Assembly: GCF_964355755.1 (NCBI RefSeq)
Contig: NC_092676.1
Span: 8,781,888 to 8,845,887, forward strand
Length of the DNA: 64,000 nt
Origin: Antedon mediterranea
Taxonomy: Eukaryota; Animalia; Echinodermata
Reading direction: 5' to 3'
Positions 40,177-53,480 of this stretch are shown piece after piece. The notes beneath the pieces were generated by a model that was not told where the DNA came from, ran no database searches, and saw only the letters and a program-made list of their open reading frames with translations. Within the stretch, counting starts at the first letter, position 1. Each line of letters begins with the position of its first letter. The position numbers and the translations under genes were made by a program.

Positions 40177-40337
40177 TTCTCTGTCTACACTCTCTACTAA
40201 CTTGTTTGAAAAAAGTCTGATGTGCCCCAATATGGTAGTGATATGCTTAAACATGGTAGTGATATGACATCATCATGTCCATATATGGGCACATCACATT
40301 TGTTTGTCACGTAAAGTTTGATAGTGTAGACAGCGCT
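40177..40337. mobile_element. PIF/Harbinger-type MITE (family B)
   Basis: CTCTGTCTACACT...AGTTTGATAGTGTAGACAGCGCT|TAA. Confidence 0.75.
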
Positions 40338-41058
40338 TAAAAGACCACTACTAATAATGCCGTACAATGGCCATATACAATCGCCGGTTCAAAATTAATT
40401 ATTTTCCTGGTGTTTGAAAGATAAGATATCAACGCACACACAGTGACGACACGTTTTCTCACTGCAGTTTTTTTATCGCAAATAAGCAATTAATTATTGA
40501 TTATGTTCCTTGGCAGCAGAGCAAAAAAACATAATAATGATAATTTTACATCACTTTAATCTCGTAGGCTTCCAGATTGTTTATTTATTACCAACCTGTC
40601 ATCACATAGTCTAATTTTAACATGTTAAGATGTACCTAATTGACTTTAGAATAGATTATTTGTGGTTTGGCTTAACAAATTACGTTTTCAAGCTTAATAA
40701 AAAAAATCCAAAGATTACCTTATCATTCATGATGCAAATATTACATATGTTTGTTTTTTTCAAATTGGTAAAATAATATATTTTCTAGAATTATGGCGGT
40801 ACAATAAAGGGGAGTTTTAATAAATGACATATACTTTCTTACAAATGGAAATGGTACTTCACGACAAGTAAAGTAACGACTTTAAGTTAATTTCGTTCGT
40901 ATTTTACGGTAGTGTATTTGAAACAACGATAGCCTGTAACAAGTGTACAATACATCGATAACACATCTACATTGAAATTTTATACTGTTATACATTGCCT
41001 TACCATTCGTATATATATTATACATAATAAGATAATCATCCATAACAAAAAGTAACTA

Positions 41059-41607
41059 CACTGTAAAAATAGTGTTTAGATCTTAAACATATATTTTGTA
41101 CTCACTCCACACGTACGTTTAGCCTTAAACATGTTTAGATATGAACATGTTTAGCTTCTAAATACATTCTAAACATGTAGTCTGTATCCAACTCAACAGC
41201 AATATAAAGACACGTTTGGGTTTTAAACGTGTTTAATTTGTCATGTGTGTAGCTCATGTGTGGAGCTTTTTCCCTCCACAGTAAAATAATATGCACGCAA
41301 CGCTAAACACGTACCTAAACATGTTGACTGAACATAATAGTGACATTATATTATTACATTATTATTATATAATGAATAACTGTGCAAAGTTTCAGAATGT
41401 TATCACAATTTGAAGGATTGGGTCACTTAACAGGCCTACTACATGTTGACTGCTAAACGAAAGAAGGAAAACAACATGTACAGTAGCTATAAACACGTTT
41501 AGATTTTAAACACGCTAAACATGTAACTCGTGTTTAAAAGCTAAACGTGTGGAAAAAGTGGGTACAAAATAGGTGTTAGGTTAAGGTCTAAAAACTATTT
41601 TACAGTG
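41059..41607. mobile_element. CACTA/EnSpm-like non-autonomous element
   Basis: TA|CACTGTAAAAATAG...CTATTTTACAGTG|TA, with many internal TAAACATGTTTA/AAACACGT motifs. Confidence 0.78.
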
Positions 41608-43078
41608 TAGTGCCATCGCAGTTGATACAACTTCACAGAAAATATAAAATATACAGACATAAATATAAAGAAAATTGCAAAATTAGTATAAACAGTTTTA
41701 TGGAAAACTTTAATTGTAGAAACTATGTTCTTATGTACTTTTAAGAGGCAATGCTACGGATTAAACTGCCGGTACTCATTTTCTGTGTCTGGCTAGACTC
41801 CATCCTAAGCCGCATAATCGTAAACATTATGTGAAGAAGGTTTTGTAGCTACTTACCCCCAACGATTAAAGAACGTAATGTGTCGACAGACGAAAAACAA
41901 CATATGCGATGTGAACTAGTTCTTATTGAAGCCATGCGTATAATTTATATTGATGATAGACCTATATAGCATATAGGCATAGGGTGAGGCGGACATGTTC
42001 GGCACATATAAAGATTCCCCAGCAATAAGAGTTAGTCGTATAGTGCAACGTGATTTTTGAAAGTGTCCCCTCAATAGGAATGTCCCCCTGCGGGGCCCTT
42101 CGTCCAATTGGTAATGAAAACGTAATTTAGCTATCGTGTACAGCATATCAAGTACATTTAGGCTTAGTCAAGTATTCCGATCCCTATGTGAAGGAGAATT
42201 TTCGACCACTTATCCTAACTCTACTGACGTCACCGCAATAATATTACAAAAAAGATTACTATATAACGATCTGTTTCAGCAATAAACAAAATCGTGGGGT
42301 CATACCGACAGACAGGAAAAATGACCTAATCCTACTTTTTACATGAAATTTTAATGTATGTTGTAAAACAAGATTATATAACTCTTGAAAATGAAATTAA
42401 AATTTGATAGATTTAAGAATATCATTAATAATCAATCAGTAACACATCGAAAGTGATTTATAATAAATGCAAGTATGGTCACCCAGAGGTGACACCGATG
42501 GAAAATAATCGGGCCAGGCGCTTCGTCTCCGTTTCTTAACACACGGTAATGATTGATGATTAGCCTACAGCATGCCGCGTTGCCTACGAAGTTTAAGCTG
42601 TCATTACGTAAAAAGCAAATGTTTCAAGTAATTTGTAGGTTCATGTTATTGAAAATGTCACTCATTATTGGGACATAAAACTAGCAATTTCCAACTAGCT
42701 GTTACAAGTAACTAGAGTATAGGATCGGTAAGTTGCATCAAATGAGATATGTGATCTAAATTTGTGCAGTCAATTACACAATAAAGGCCATTTGTACATA
42801 ATTGTATTTCTAAAATTGTAGTATTGTTTTAAACAATAATGTTGTTTTACTATTCTGAGAAATTCTACTTGCGTCCAAGCGTAGAGAAAAAGGCTTTAAA
42901 CGGCACTAAGTGTATAGGCATCTTTAATGTTTGTACAGTAGGGTAATAAACTAGTAGTAAAGTATGTCAGAGGTTACAACTTATATAAGTATCCATTAAT
43001 GTTAAAACATTGACATATTATACACGACGAATTATATTACTTGGGGCAATTATAGTCCATTTATCTGTACCTAAAAAA

Positions 43079-43167
43079 ATGCTGTTTGCGAGGTACTGTC
43101 TTTCCTATGCAATTTTGATAAATATGCTGTTTGCGAGGTACTGTCTTTCCTATGCAATTTTAATAAA
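43079..43167. repeat. Tandem duplication ~45 bp
   Basis: ATGCTGTTTGCGAGGTACTGTCTTTCCTATGCAATTTT occurs twice. Confidence 0.85.
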
Positions 43168-43690
43168 TATTAACTTAAAAAAAAGTGTTAGAACCTGTGG
43201 CCGTTTTCACCAATCATACTTAAGTCAGATATTTCCCTTAAATATTAAGTATTTCACTTAACTCAATAAATATTTAAGTATTTTCCTTAAATTGTATGCA
43301 CTTAGATAGGAGATTTGTTTTAACCGTAACCGTAACCCTGTTTCCCGTAAGCTAAGTATGAATGGTAAATACGGTTATTGGCCCCTGATAAAAAGATACA
43401 TTCATGACCTAGCAAAGTTTCTCTTCTTAATGGGATTGGTCGTGGTGAAATTGCTCGTTTGTTCCACGATGAAGTCTCCCTTGAATAAGTTGCCCGTATA
43501 GTAACATATAACTCCTTGTTCATTTCAAAGGAAGTGACACTTATTAGGGTTGTCCATTTTGTCCACGAATAGAGGTTGGCCGTAGTGTTAAAGAATAGGC
43601 CTGTATTTCTCCTCCATTTTACGGGAAAGTGTATAGGTACTTGATAAAGTTACCACTGAATAATCGTGTCTCACAGGAGGGGTGACAGCA

Positions 43691-43830
43691 ACTATATCAA
43701 CTTTTATGTACTGACAAGTGATTTTTTTTTATAAAGTGTGATGTGCCCAAATATAGGAGTATAATGACATCATCGTGTCCATGGGACATCATAGTTTGTT
43801 GTCACATAGTTTGACAGTGTAGACAGAGCT
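43691..43830. mobile_element. PIF/Harbinger-type MITE (family B, degenerate left end)
   Basis: Internal GTGTGATGTGCCCAAATAT and right TIR AGTTTGACAGTGTAGACAGAGCT|TAA. Confidence 0.65.
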
Positions 43831-44394
43831 TAAGTTAATCATCTTGAATTATACAATGTAAGATCATTATTTCAGGTCTTACATCTATAGACAGTAGGCA
43901 GACAGTTACTCTTGAAGCAAAAGGATTGCAAAGGTCATCAAGTGAAAACCCAGCGGGGATTTTGGTTAATAGTTACGGGTGATAGTAGTAATATATAGTT
44001 GAGCGTTACACTCTGATTGACATGTCTAATGTATTTTTTCAGCCACTTTGTTGACCACTTAAAGAATGTGGTTCAAAACATGTTTTCTGTTCAACCCGAG
44101 ATTGAGACGTGATGATATTTATTAGAGTAAAAATCGACCTTAATATACTTATACAGTTTCTCCATGGTTGTTCACAAAACGAATATGTTTCTTAATTTTT
44201 TTTAAATTGCGACATGTTCCCTAATTTATACTATTCCAAAAATGTGTACCTGTGATGCAATTATTACCATATACTTTCAATTAGGTTGCTCCGGTCTAGT
44301 CTACAAGGAGTAAAGTGGGTCTTACCCGACGTTCTACTACAGGTCTTACGAGACTGGAATAATAGTTTGTTATACACACTCACATAGCCTAAAA

Positions 44395-44810
44395 TTGGTA
44401 AAAAACATACCGTGGTTGATAAAAGAAAGACTGGTTAGACAAACCAAGACAAAACATGGTTTATAAAAAGAGCAACATGGTTAGAAATAGACGAAAAAGA
44501 CGAACCATGATTTGTAAAAGACAGACTGGTTAGGAAAAGACAAACCAAGACAAACCACGGTTAGTTAGAGAGACAGACCATGGTTTATAAAAAGAGCAAC
44601 ATAGTTTGTAAAAGAAATACCATGGTTGGTAAAACACAGGCTGCTGGTTAGAAATAGACAAACAAAGACAAATAATGGTTGTCAATAAAAAGATGAACCA
44701 TGGTTTGTAAACTGGACACCTTGGTTTTTTAAAAGACGAACATTGTTTTTTATTTGACGAACTAGGAGTTTTTGCGTTACAACCAATGGTTCGTCTTTTA
44801 CAAAAGGTTT
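44395..44810. repeat. Degenerate ~20-bp repeat cluster (AAAAGACGAACCATGGTT)
   Basis: Repeated ACCATGGTT / AAAAGAC motifs. The orientation flips near 44780, as in TE subterminal arrays. Confidence 0.55.
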
Positions 44811-46656
44811 ATAAGCCAGTTCACTTTTGAAAAGCAATTCTTACTGCTACTTAAACTACAGTATAAGTGTTAAAATGTTAATACGTCTAATACACCAGGC
44901 TAATGGAATCTAAGACATCATTTACACTTTGGTTATTTGATAAAAACATAATGGAGATGGCTCTATAATCGGTATTGTATGTTCAGTTGTATTAATTATA
45001 CTGAGGCCTAAGGAAATTTAGCAGAACAGTTTAGCACTCTGCTTGTAATAAGCAATTATTATTAATGTGTACTTATTCGAACCATTTTAATATGTACAGG
45101 TATTCCGATTTTTTTTCCATTTTGTAGTATAGGCCTACCTACAAAAATTGGCTTTATAATATACTGTAGGCCTATAAATATTTTCAATCGGCTATATAAA
45201 CATTATGTCTGGCTGCGACAATACCAACAATACTGTACTGTGAATATATTCTCCGTGGCGCGGTGTCTGATAAACAAAGATTTGAGGGGAAGCCAGTTGT
45301 AAAATCAAAAATCAGTCAACAAGTTTAGGGGCGTGGAACTGATCGTGTCGCAGCCACAGATAAATCGATTGTTGATAGCCTTGGTGTATTTAAACACTAA
45401 TTAGCAAGGTGGGTGATTACTAATTGTCATCAATTATCATTACTGATTTGCAAATACTATTATATTATTGAAGAAATAGAAGTTCATCTGATATATGGCT
45501 CAGTAAAAAGAAAATTGCAACAAACTACATGGTCACATTAAACCATGGAGTAATAATTCGTAAATCGTATGGCATGTTTTCCACAAATCGAAAGCGGTGT
45601 CTCAAGCCCTTATGATGGACAACCTTTATAATGGAAAGCTCCTATAACAACATAATGGACAAATAAAACTCTATAATGGTGGACACACACATTTCACCCA
45701 TCAAGAAATACGCAGCAAATCAGATCTCATAAACGTTCGATTCGCGTGAATTTAGCATGCTCGTTTAGGACCCCTTATCAGGGGACACTCCAAATGAAAG
45801 AAAATATATATTCACTCGATCTCTATTGCAAGGGGAACTTTGTTGGATCCCGAAGTTTCTGCCGTACGAAAATTATATGAAAACATACTGTAACCACGTT
45901 TTCTTTTCGTTACGTGGGAACATAGAGATATTACCGTATGGTATTAACCACCCACCCTTTAAAAGCGAAGTATTCATTTATTCACAAGGACAATAATGTG
46001 CAATTGTTTTCTTTTGATTTGTTTACTCGGTTATTTATTCTTTTCAGTATTATACGTACATGATATTTTCCAATACAGTATGCAGTAGAAACCCAACAAA
46101 GTACCGTATCTCATTAATAGGAAGGGGCTCCCGCTCATTTATTACGGGAAGTGTCCTTAATGAGGGAGTTTGAAAGGCGGGGTACTATTATATAATAATT
46201 CATATACTAAATGTGTCAAGCTACATTTCAAGCAACGCTTCTGTTTTATTTTCCTAAGTTATTCAGTCGACCCTTTTATATTGTTTTAACCTGCACACAA
46301 GTTCGTGTTGGGAGAAAGATAAACATTATACGATCGTGATCTGCCATCATTTAATTAAATGTAATGTGTTTACTTTGAACACTGTCTTTACATAACCTAA
46401 CAAGAATACCATTGATCAATTAAATTACAATAGTGCTTGTAGAATTACTCAACAATAAATAAATGTGTTGAACCAACTGTTGAAACATGTACTGAGCAAT
46501 CAATGGTTATTCTTATTCAAATAATGAGGCAATACCGCATAGACAATTTGTATATTATTATAAAATACTGTTGATATGGTAATACAATTGATACATATGG
46601 CAATATGTATAAACTAACCATGTGAATGGGATGCGTAGCCTACTATACTATAGTAA

Positions 46657-46835
46657 AGCGTGGTTCCCACTAGCGACGCAACACAAGGACGTAACGCAAC
46701 GCAAGTGAATTGACCAATCACAAGCGATGGCTTATTCGCTTGTGATTGCTAACCGTCTATAACTTCGCTTGTCATTGGTTAAAACGCTTGCGTTGCGTTT
46801 ACGTCCTTGCGTTACGTTCTAGTGGGAACCAAGCT
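46657..46835. mobile_element. PIF/Harbinger-type MITE (family A, 179 bp)
   Basis: TAA|AGCGTGGTTCCCACTAG...CTAGTGGGAACCAAGCT|TAA. Near-identical inverted copy of 22009-22187. Confidence 0.9.
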
Positions 46836-47220
46836 TAAAACATTGTTATACATTTTGTAAAATACATTAAAACTCCTCCTTTAGGACACCCTATATTGAA
46901 AGGACGCTTTTCCGTAAAAGGACCACTATTTCATACAATACAATCAGATTGTCATCTAAGCTATTAAATACATTCAATTCGTTTGAATTAAAATAATAAT
47001 ATGTAAGAAAGGTCGATTGATATATTAAATTGAATAATTTTGTAAAAATGTACGATTTACCATTTTGATCTAATTGACTTAGTGTAAATTTGATATTATT
47101 ATATCACTAACGATTCCGCTCTTTGACTTTCTATTCTTCAAAATGTTCAGTCGTTTTTTTAGTTTGGAAGTTTTTTTTAACACAACAAGATAAAAGTAAC
47201 TAAACCTATATAATACTTAC

Positions 47221-47580
47221 AGTGAAATTTATTTAAGAATCTCCAAACAATATTTTCAGCCGAAGTTATTTCTACCAGTTCGACTGAATTCCAATTCTAT
47301 GGTCTTTCAATTTGTTATCAATCAAGGAAAACACAAGAAGCAATTTGACGAACGAACAACACACCGTCTCGCATACAAGTGGCGCGCTCACTCCTGCTGT
47401 TTTTACTATTCGATTTCTCAACATCATTAACGACTAAGTATTTATTGTATTGTCACCGGTAGCAGCTGACGTCATCTTAGAAATACCTAGCTTGTTTTTG
47501 ATTGGTTAGTAGTGGGATACGACTGTGGTAGGTTGAGTGAGCTCTCGTGCTGTCGGAAACATTACGGTAGTTTCTCCAAG
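47221..47580. promoter_or_regulatory. Candidate (possibly bidirectional) promoter with CRE and CCAAT box
   Basis: Full CRE TGACGTCA at 47467-47474 and ATTGG at 47501-47505. A minus-strand donor GTAAGT starts at 47220 and a plus-strand AAG|GTATAG lies at 47580/1. Confidence 0.3.
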
Positions 47581-50500
47581 GTATAGATGAAGGAATTTGT
47601 TGATTGATTATATATTATTTGATATTGATTGATTGCTTTGGGATTTATTGATTATATGGTTGGGCGACTTTGTTGCTATTCTGATAAATTAATTGATTGC
47701 CGATTGATTGATTGGTTCATTCATTCACAATAAGGTTGCATACCGTTTAGCCTACCAGCAAGTTAATGTGCACATGCCGGCTAGAGTAGGCCTACAAAAC
47801 TCACAGGTTATGTTATAATAGACAATAAAACCTAAATATTAGATATTGCCAAATGCATCAAAAAGCTTGATTAATGAGTGGGATAGAATCCAACCTCCAG
47901 ATTAGGACTACTAGCTAGCCTAGCGCTCGTAGACCACCGAGTGGGCTAGAATCCATCTTCCAGATTAGGCCTACTAGCTAGCCTAGCGCCTATCATGTAA
48001 CTCACCGAGTTCATTTGGTTAGATTTGAAAGCTATGAACGCCAATAAAATAAAGAAAAAATATATGGTACTAACACACCTGGCAAGCGTAATTGTATGAT
48101 ACTGACATACAACGAAAAAAAAGTTAATTAGTTTTCATTCTTCACTTGGTGATGAGACAATGGTATCCACTGAAGAGCTTTCAATCTAAATAAGCTGATT
48201 GAAAACTAAAAATATAACTTAAATTTCATTTTAAGATTCGCTATTTTAATACAGCTCAGCTTTTCATGACTGTTTCTCATTAAAACAGCTTCTAAATTAC
48301 AATCCGAATGGTTTATGAAAAATAATGAAAAACAAAATATAGTTTCAGTATATTATCTCGTTATCGAGGCATTCTTAGAGTGGGATCATAGGCTATAAAT
48401 GTGATTATATATCATAATGGAACATTATAAGGAGGTTATATAACAGAGTATCTACGATAATGTCTATTGCTATCGAGACTCGATCCATAAACGTTTGCTA
48501 TAAACCAAGCATTGCAAAACAATATACAGAATTAGAATCAAGTATTTATACTTACATTATTTTTGTTCTCATATTTCATTCGCATATTTGCCATACTCTC
48601 GTGTGTAACGTTGTAAAGACATAATAACTACATTATTAAATGGAATTTAACTGACAGATTATCTAATGGGCAGAACGACGGGAGCCCTGACAGCCTCCAT
48701 AATTGTGCAGGGATGACACGCCGATTCGGACAAACTATACAGAGTTGATATCCAAATGACAGTGTCGAGTTTGTACCACACGACAGTTCGTGCCATTGCT
48801 TGTCACTTTTTTCGTACGCGGAGGAAGACGATGTGTAGAAAACATGAATTATCTACCTCACCACAAATTACAGTAGGTCTACTACTACACGCTTCAGATG
48901 AGTTTGCAAGAGGTAATATTTATTGCTTAAGCTTAGGTTCATATTAAAAAGAAACACGTCACGACGCAACGTAAAAATATTCTTCTATCAATTTCGCAAC
49001 CCCCTCTTATGAGAAGTTGACTCATCGCTGCGGTGACGTACGCAAAGAAGAAAACTTCTACCACAATGTGACCCCCCCCCCCCCATTATATATAACGCAA
49101 AGTCATGTTCTTACGCCGGCACTGCGTCGATACATATCTACGTTTTTGCGTCGGTTTACGAAACCCGGAACAGAACTCTCATCCGTAGATACGTTTAATC
49201 TGTTTGGAGCCAAATTAAAGTTTGCCTAATTTCTGATCACGTATACAGTCAGCCATGGTGGCCACACACATAATACGGTAGACTTAGGCTTCGTAATGGC
49301 TTTTTAAACAGCTGCTAAGCCTATAACTTCGTGAGAAGAACACCATATAAACACATTAGGTGACCGGTTACAATCTTCATTGACAGTTTCAAACATTAGT
49401 GAACCAAAACATGAATACAAATATATTACATATATTAATTGATATAGGCCAACGTTACATTGAAAACACCTAGAAATTAATTATGATGGCGCTATAACTG
49501 CAATACATTCTCGCATTGAATTTATCAGTTGCTAATAAAACGAAAACATTCGTAACACGATTGGGGCAATCGTGTATAGCTTTAACTTACTTTGCTGCCC
49601 CTCAATACATTGTCCTTAATTGGTTTCATGCGAAAGTCTCCAATGTTGTGTTCCAAAGGAGAGGTTCTCTGTATTGAAAAGGAAAGACTTACAACGCACT
49701 TTCTGACAGTAGGCCTACTGTACGGGAATGTCAGACACAGACGAAAACACCAAAACACACATTAATCAACATTCGTTCTAATGTCTAACGTCTAAATCGC
49801 ATTTATTATAAGTTACCACCCACCCACATAATTCAAACAAATTAAGAACTATTATTCAATCATTAATTATACTAATTGTATAAATACCTGTTTTTTTAAA
49901 AACACGATACAATCTTATAAATGCAGATTATCGTCTTTGCTTATGAGCACAATAACAATGTTGTTAAGATCTAAGTTAGATGGTTTGTATTATGGGTAGT
50001 TTGTTTGGCGTATTGTCGTTTGGGATAGTGCTAGATGGTCACACATTGTATTTGATAGTAGATATTAAGTGAATAATTTAAGTTTTCATTGAAATGCATG
50101 GTTTGAATTTTGTACGAATGAATTATTGGTGGATGGTGTGTATTATATATTTTTGGCGGATTTGGCTTTCCATAGTTGTGAAAGACCAACTTCATTGAGT
50201 AAAAAGGTCCAACAAACAAAACCAGAACGAGTAGTATTAACCATGTTACATGAAATAGAATTAGGTGTAATTTTGTGAGTGCCTGCTTATCTGTCTAATA
50301 ATATCGAATAATTAGGCTAGTTAACTTTCCGCGATCGCATGTTACGTATTTCCAAACAACACCGATCACATTTCAGGTCGTATTCCCATACGGAATTTTC
50401 TATGGAAATGACGTTTAAGTTGTTTGTCAAATAGTTCATATAGTAGACCTACTTGTAACTGTGTAATTAAACTTGTCAATTATAAAAATTAACATCAGAC

Positions 50501-51263
50501 CATCAGATTATTACCGACTAGGACGAGCCAGTAGGGAACATATAAAAGCGTAACAGATTCACACGCACTAGAGTTTAGCGTACACTTAGACCGAGTTAAG
50601 TTAATTTACACAAGCGGTAACGATAATAACAAGTATAGAATCTATTTTTCATTATGAGCATTCTACACATAACGCGGAGAGGACGGGCGGTTTCCGCTCA
50701 GGTACCGTAAAGGCTAACTCAGAGAGCGTCGTACGATGAGACGGGCCGTCTCGTCAGGAGAAAATTAAACATGTTTTTAAAGTTCTCGAGACAACCTAAA
50801 AACTAAGTCTCGTCTCGTCGGGATTCAACTCAGACACAGTACCGACGAGTTAAGACGTTCCATTGGGCCTCGTCGTACAGAAATTTATAATTCCCAGCAA
50901 TGTTTTAACTGTATATATGAACTGTTTTATAAGTTGTTTTGTGACTGTGTAATTTGGTAGTAGTCACTCTCATACTGTAGGCCTACATTTAAAAGTAACA
51001 CATCCAAATGCCAAATTTAAGTCAATGGCTACCAGATGTCTCTGTGAGACGGTTATTTGAACCAGTACCAGTACCAGTACGGAAGTATGGTCGAAGCGGC
51101 CGTCAATCAAAGCGGCCGCCAGTTTAATATCGTCATTTGTATGGAACGCCATGTGCGATTTAATCGTTGTCAACGCCATGGCCTATGGCGAGTTGAGTTA
51201 CAGCTAAAGCAGTATGGTCAAACCAATAAATATAAGCCAAAAAACATTGACTGTTGGCCTAAA

Positions 51264-51566
51264 AGCTTGGTTCCCAATAGCGACGCAACGTAACGTAATC
51301 TACGCAACGTAAGAAAATGCCCTTCCATCCACTCATTGTGTTTGCCCCCACCTGCGTGAAACCAAACCTGCGATGTTTGTAGCACTGTTGCGTCGTCGGT
51401 TCCCACTTGTGATTACGCAATACAGCACTTTGCGTCAATACGTCGTTGCGTTGCGTTCTAGTGCAGGGAACCACGCTTTAAGGACGTAACGCAACGCAAG
51501 TGAATTGACCAATCACAAGCGATGGCTTATTCGCTTGTGATTGCTAACTGTCAAAACTTCGCTTGC
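51264..51566. mobile_element. Harbinger family A variant MITE (51264-51477) plus adjacent partial family A copy
   Basis: AGCTTGGTTCCCA...GGGAACCACGCT|TTA, followed by AGGACGTAACGCAACGCAAGTGAATTGACCAATCAC matching the 46657 copy. Confidence 0.8.
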
Positions 51567-51790
51567 CTAGTAGGCCTAGTACTGTACTCATTTATTTGTA
51601 GGCTTAACCTAGGCTAGGCCTGGCCTAGCACATAGTAGACTAGTAGGGATTAGTAAGTATTATGTAGGCCTATAAGTACTACTTGGCATGGCCTAGCCTA
51701 CTAGGGTATATGTAGCCTAGGCTAGGTAGGCCTAGCTAGGCCCTAGTATGGCCTAAACCTAGGTAGGCCTAGGCCTAGGCTAGAAATAGA
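51566..51790. repeat. AGGCCT/CTAG-rich low-complexity tract
   Basis: Dense TAGGCCTA/CTAG palindromic words. Confidence 0.8.
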
Positions 51791-51806
51791 AGGCTTGCCA
51801 ACTCAC

Positions 51807-51993
51807 TTTACAAATTGATCTCTGACGCGTTTTAGGCCTAGTTTTTCTGGCATTCTTCTACACAGATGTTTGTCTGAAATTATTGTCTTCATGCATTAAT
51901 CCTTATGTTTCTGTCTGTGTATGACTTACTTCCCTTATCGTAAAGACAAGAAGGGTAAGTATTTCCATAAAGACCTCGCTCGTCAGCCACCAT
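51807..51993 (-). pseudogene. Decayed MADF (Myb/SANT-like) domain exon, likely Harbinger transposon ORF1
   Basis: From the ATG at 51993: MVADE..YPSCLYDKGSKSYTDRNIRINA* (TGA where W is expected), then VEECQKN* (W position) and VRDQFV. It ends at a GTGAGT donor (51806). This matches the MADF pattern YPCLYD..S..Y.D...R..AW..I....VEEC.K.W...RD.F. Confidence 0.7.
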
Positions 51994-52929
51994 TTTTTTG
52001 CCGTCGGTGTCGTCGATGAGAGATATTCCTGACTTCTGATTGGTTGACGAACGTGAACCGCGCTCGCGACGCCTCAAAAAGTTGACCAAGGTTCAACTTT
52101 TGAAAATTCGCGTGCGAAGCCTTCGCTGCTGTCGTTTTCAACGCGTTGAAGTTGAAATTCGACTATCGTACACTGTTTCGCTTGTATGTTCACACTGAAA
52201 GCGTCCGTCGTCTGCCGCGTGCGTCACTTTTTAACGCGAAATTCGCGGCTTCGCGTTTGGTGTATTCATCTGAGTTCAACCGACGCGTCCGAGATAACTC
52301 CGATAGGTATCCTTTAGACTAATTCCGTCGGATTATAACTTATCGGATGTAACTCCGATAGTGAAAGCTAGACTAATTAATTATTGAAATACGACAACAT
52401 AATAGGTACATAAATATGGGTGTTTATAATTGGCATAATGACATAATTATGTTTCAAGCGGAGCTCTATTTCCCCGGGGTGATTGGCAAAATAGAAATTA
52501 TCAGCGTCATTAAAAAAAAGTATACTTTCAATATCAATTTGTGCTTCCGAAGCACGGCCAAATAACTTTTAAATTTTAGAAATCGATTTTGAAGTAAAGC
52601 TTTAGATTTGTAGCGTATCATATTATATCGATATTATATTTATATCCTAGACTCTCTGACGTGAACTTAAATATTTTATCCAACCGATTACATTTTAAAA
52701 CATATAGATTACGCAGATTCTATATTTAATATGTCATGTTTCTTTTTCTATTGAAAAAATATCCTATTAACTATGTATTCTCACTCTTTTTCTAGTTTAT
52801 TTTTATCTTCTTATGTAATGATATTCCCACAAAGTCATGAAACACCAGGTAACAGAATACGGTATATATTGGATTATTATGAACCGATCAGTGACATGTG
52901 CGACCCTAGACCCTGCCCATTAGCTTTAG

Positions 52930-53480
52930 CCCAGCAAATTAACGTTCAAATAACGTTATTTTAATGTTAATGTTACGTTTTTTTAATGTTACAAATTAAC
53001 GTTAGGTTGACGTAAAAATGTTGAAATTTGTAAATGTTCATTGGAAGTTTACGTTTGCTGAAGATTTGAAATAACGTTCAAATGATGTAATTTTTAAACG
53101 TTTGTTGAAATGTTAAAGTTAACGTTTGATTGACGTCAAATGTTGACCCTTTTAAACGTTCATTAAACGTTAATAATAACGTTATTTAAAGGTTCGAAAT
53201 AATGTTCAAATAAGGTGATTTTTAAACGTTTGTTGAATGTTACAAGTTAACGTTCGATTTACGTCAAATGTTGACCCTTGTAAACGTTCATTAAACGTTA
53301 TTAATAACGTTATTTGAAGGTTCAAAATAAAGTTTAAATGACGTGATTTGTTGACCTTTGTTGAAGTTCTTTAAACCTTATTAGTAACGTTAGTTTAATG
53401 TTCAAATTAACATCCATATAACATCAATTTAATGTTTTTTGAACGTTATTTGTAACGTTAGTGTAATCTTCAAAACGTTG
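52930..53480. repeat. AACGTT-rich element with ~124-bp internal repeats (EnSpm-like left end)
   Basis: Starts CCCAGCAAA. TTTTTAAACGTTTGTTGAA...AAACGTTCATTAAACGTTA repeats in tandem. No clear right TIR. Confidence 0.6.
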
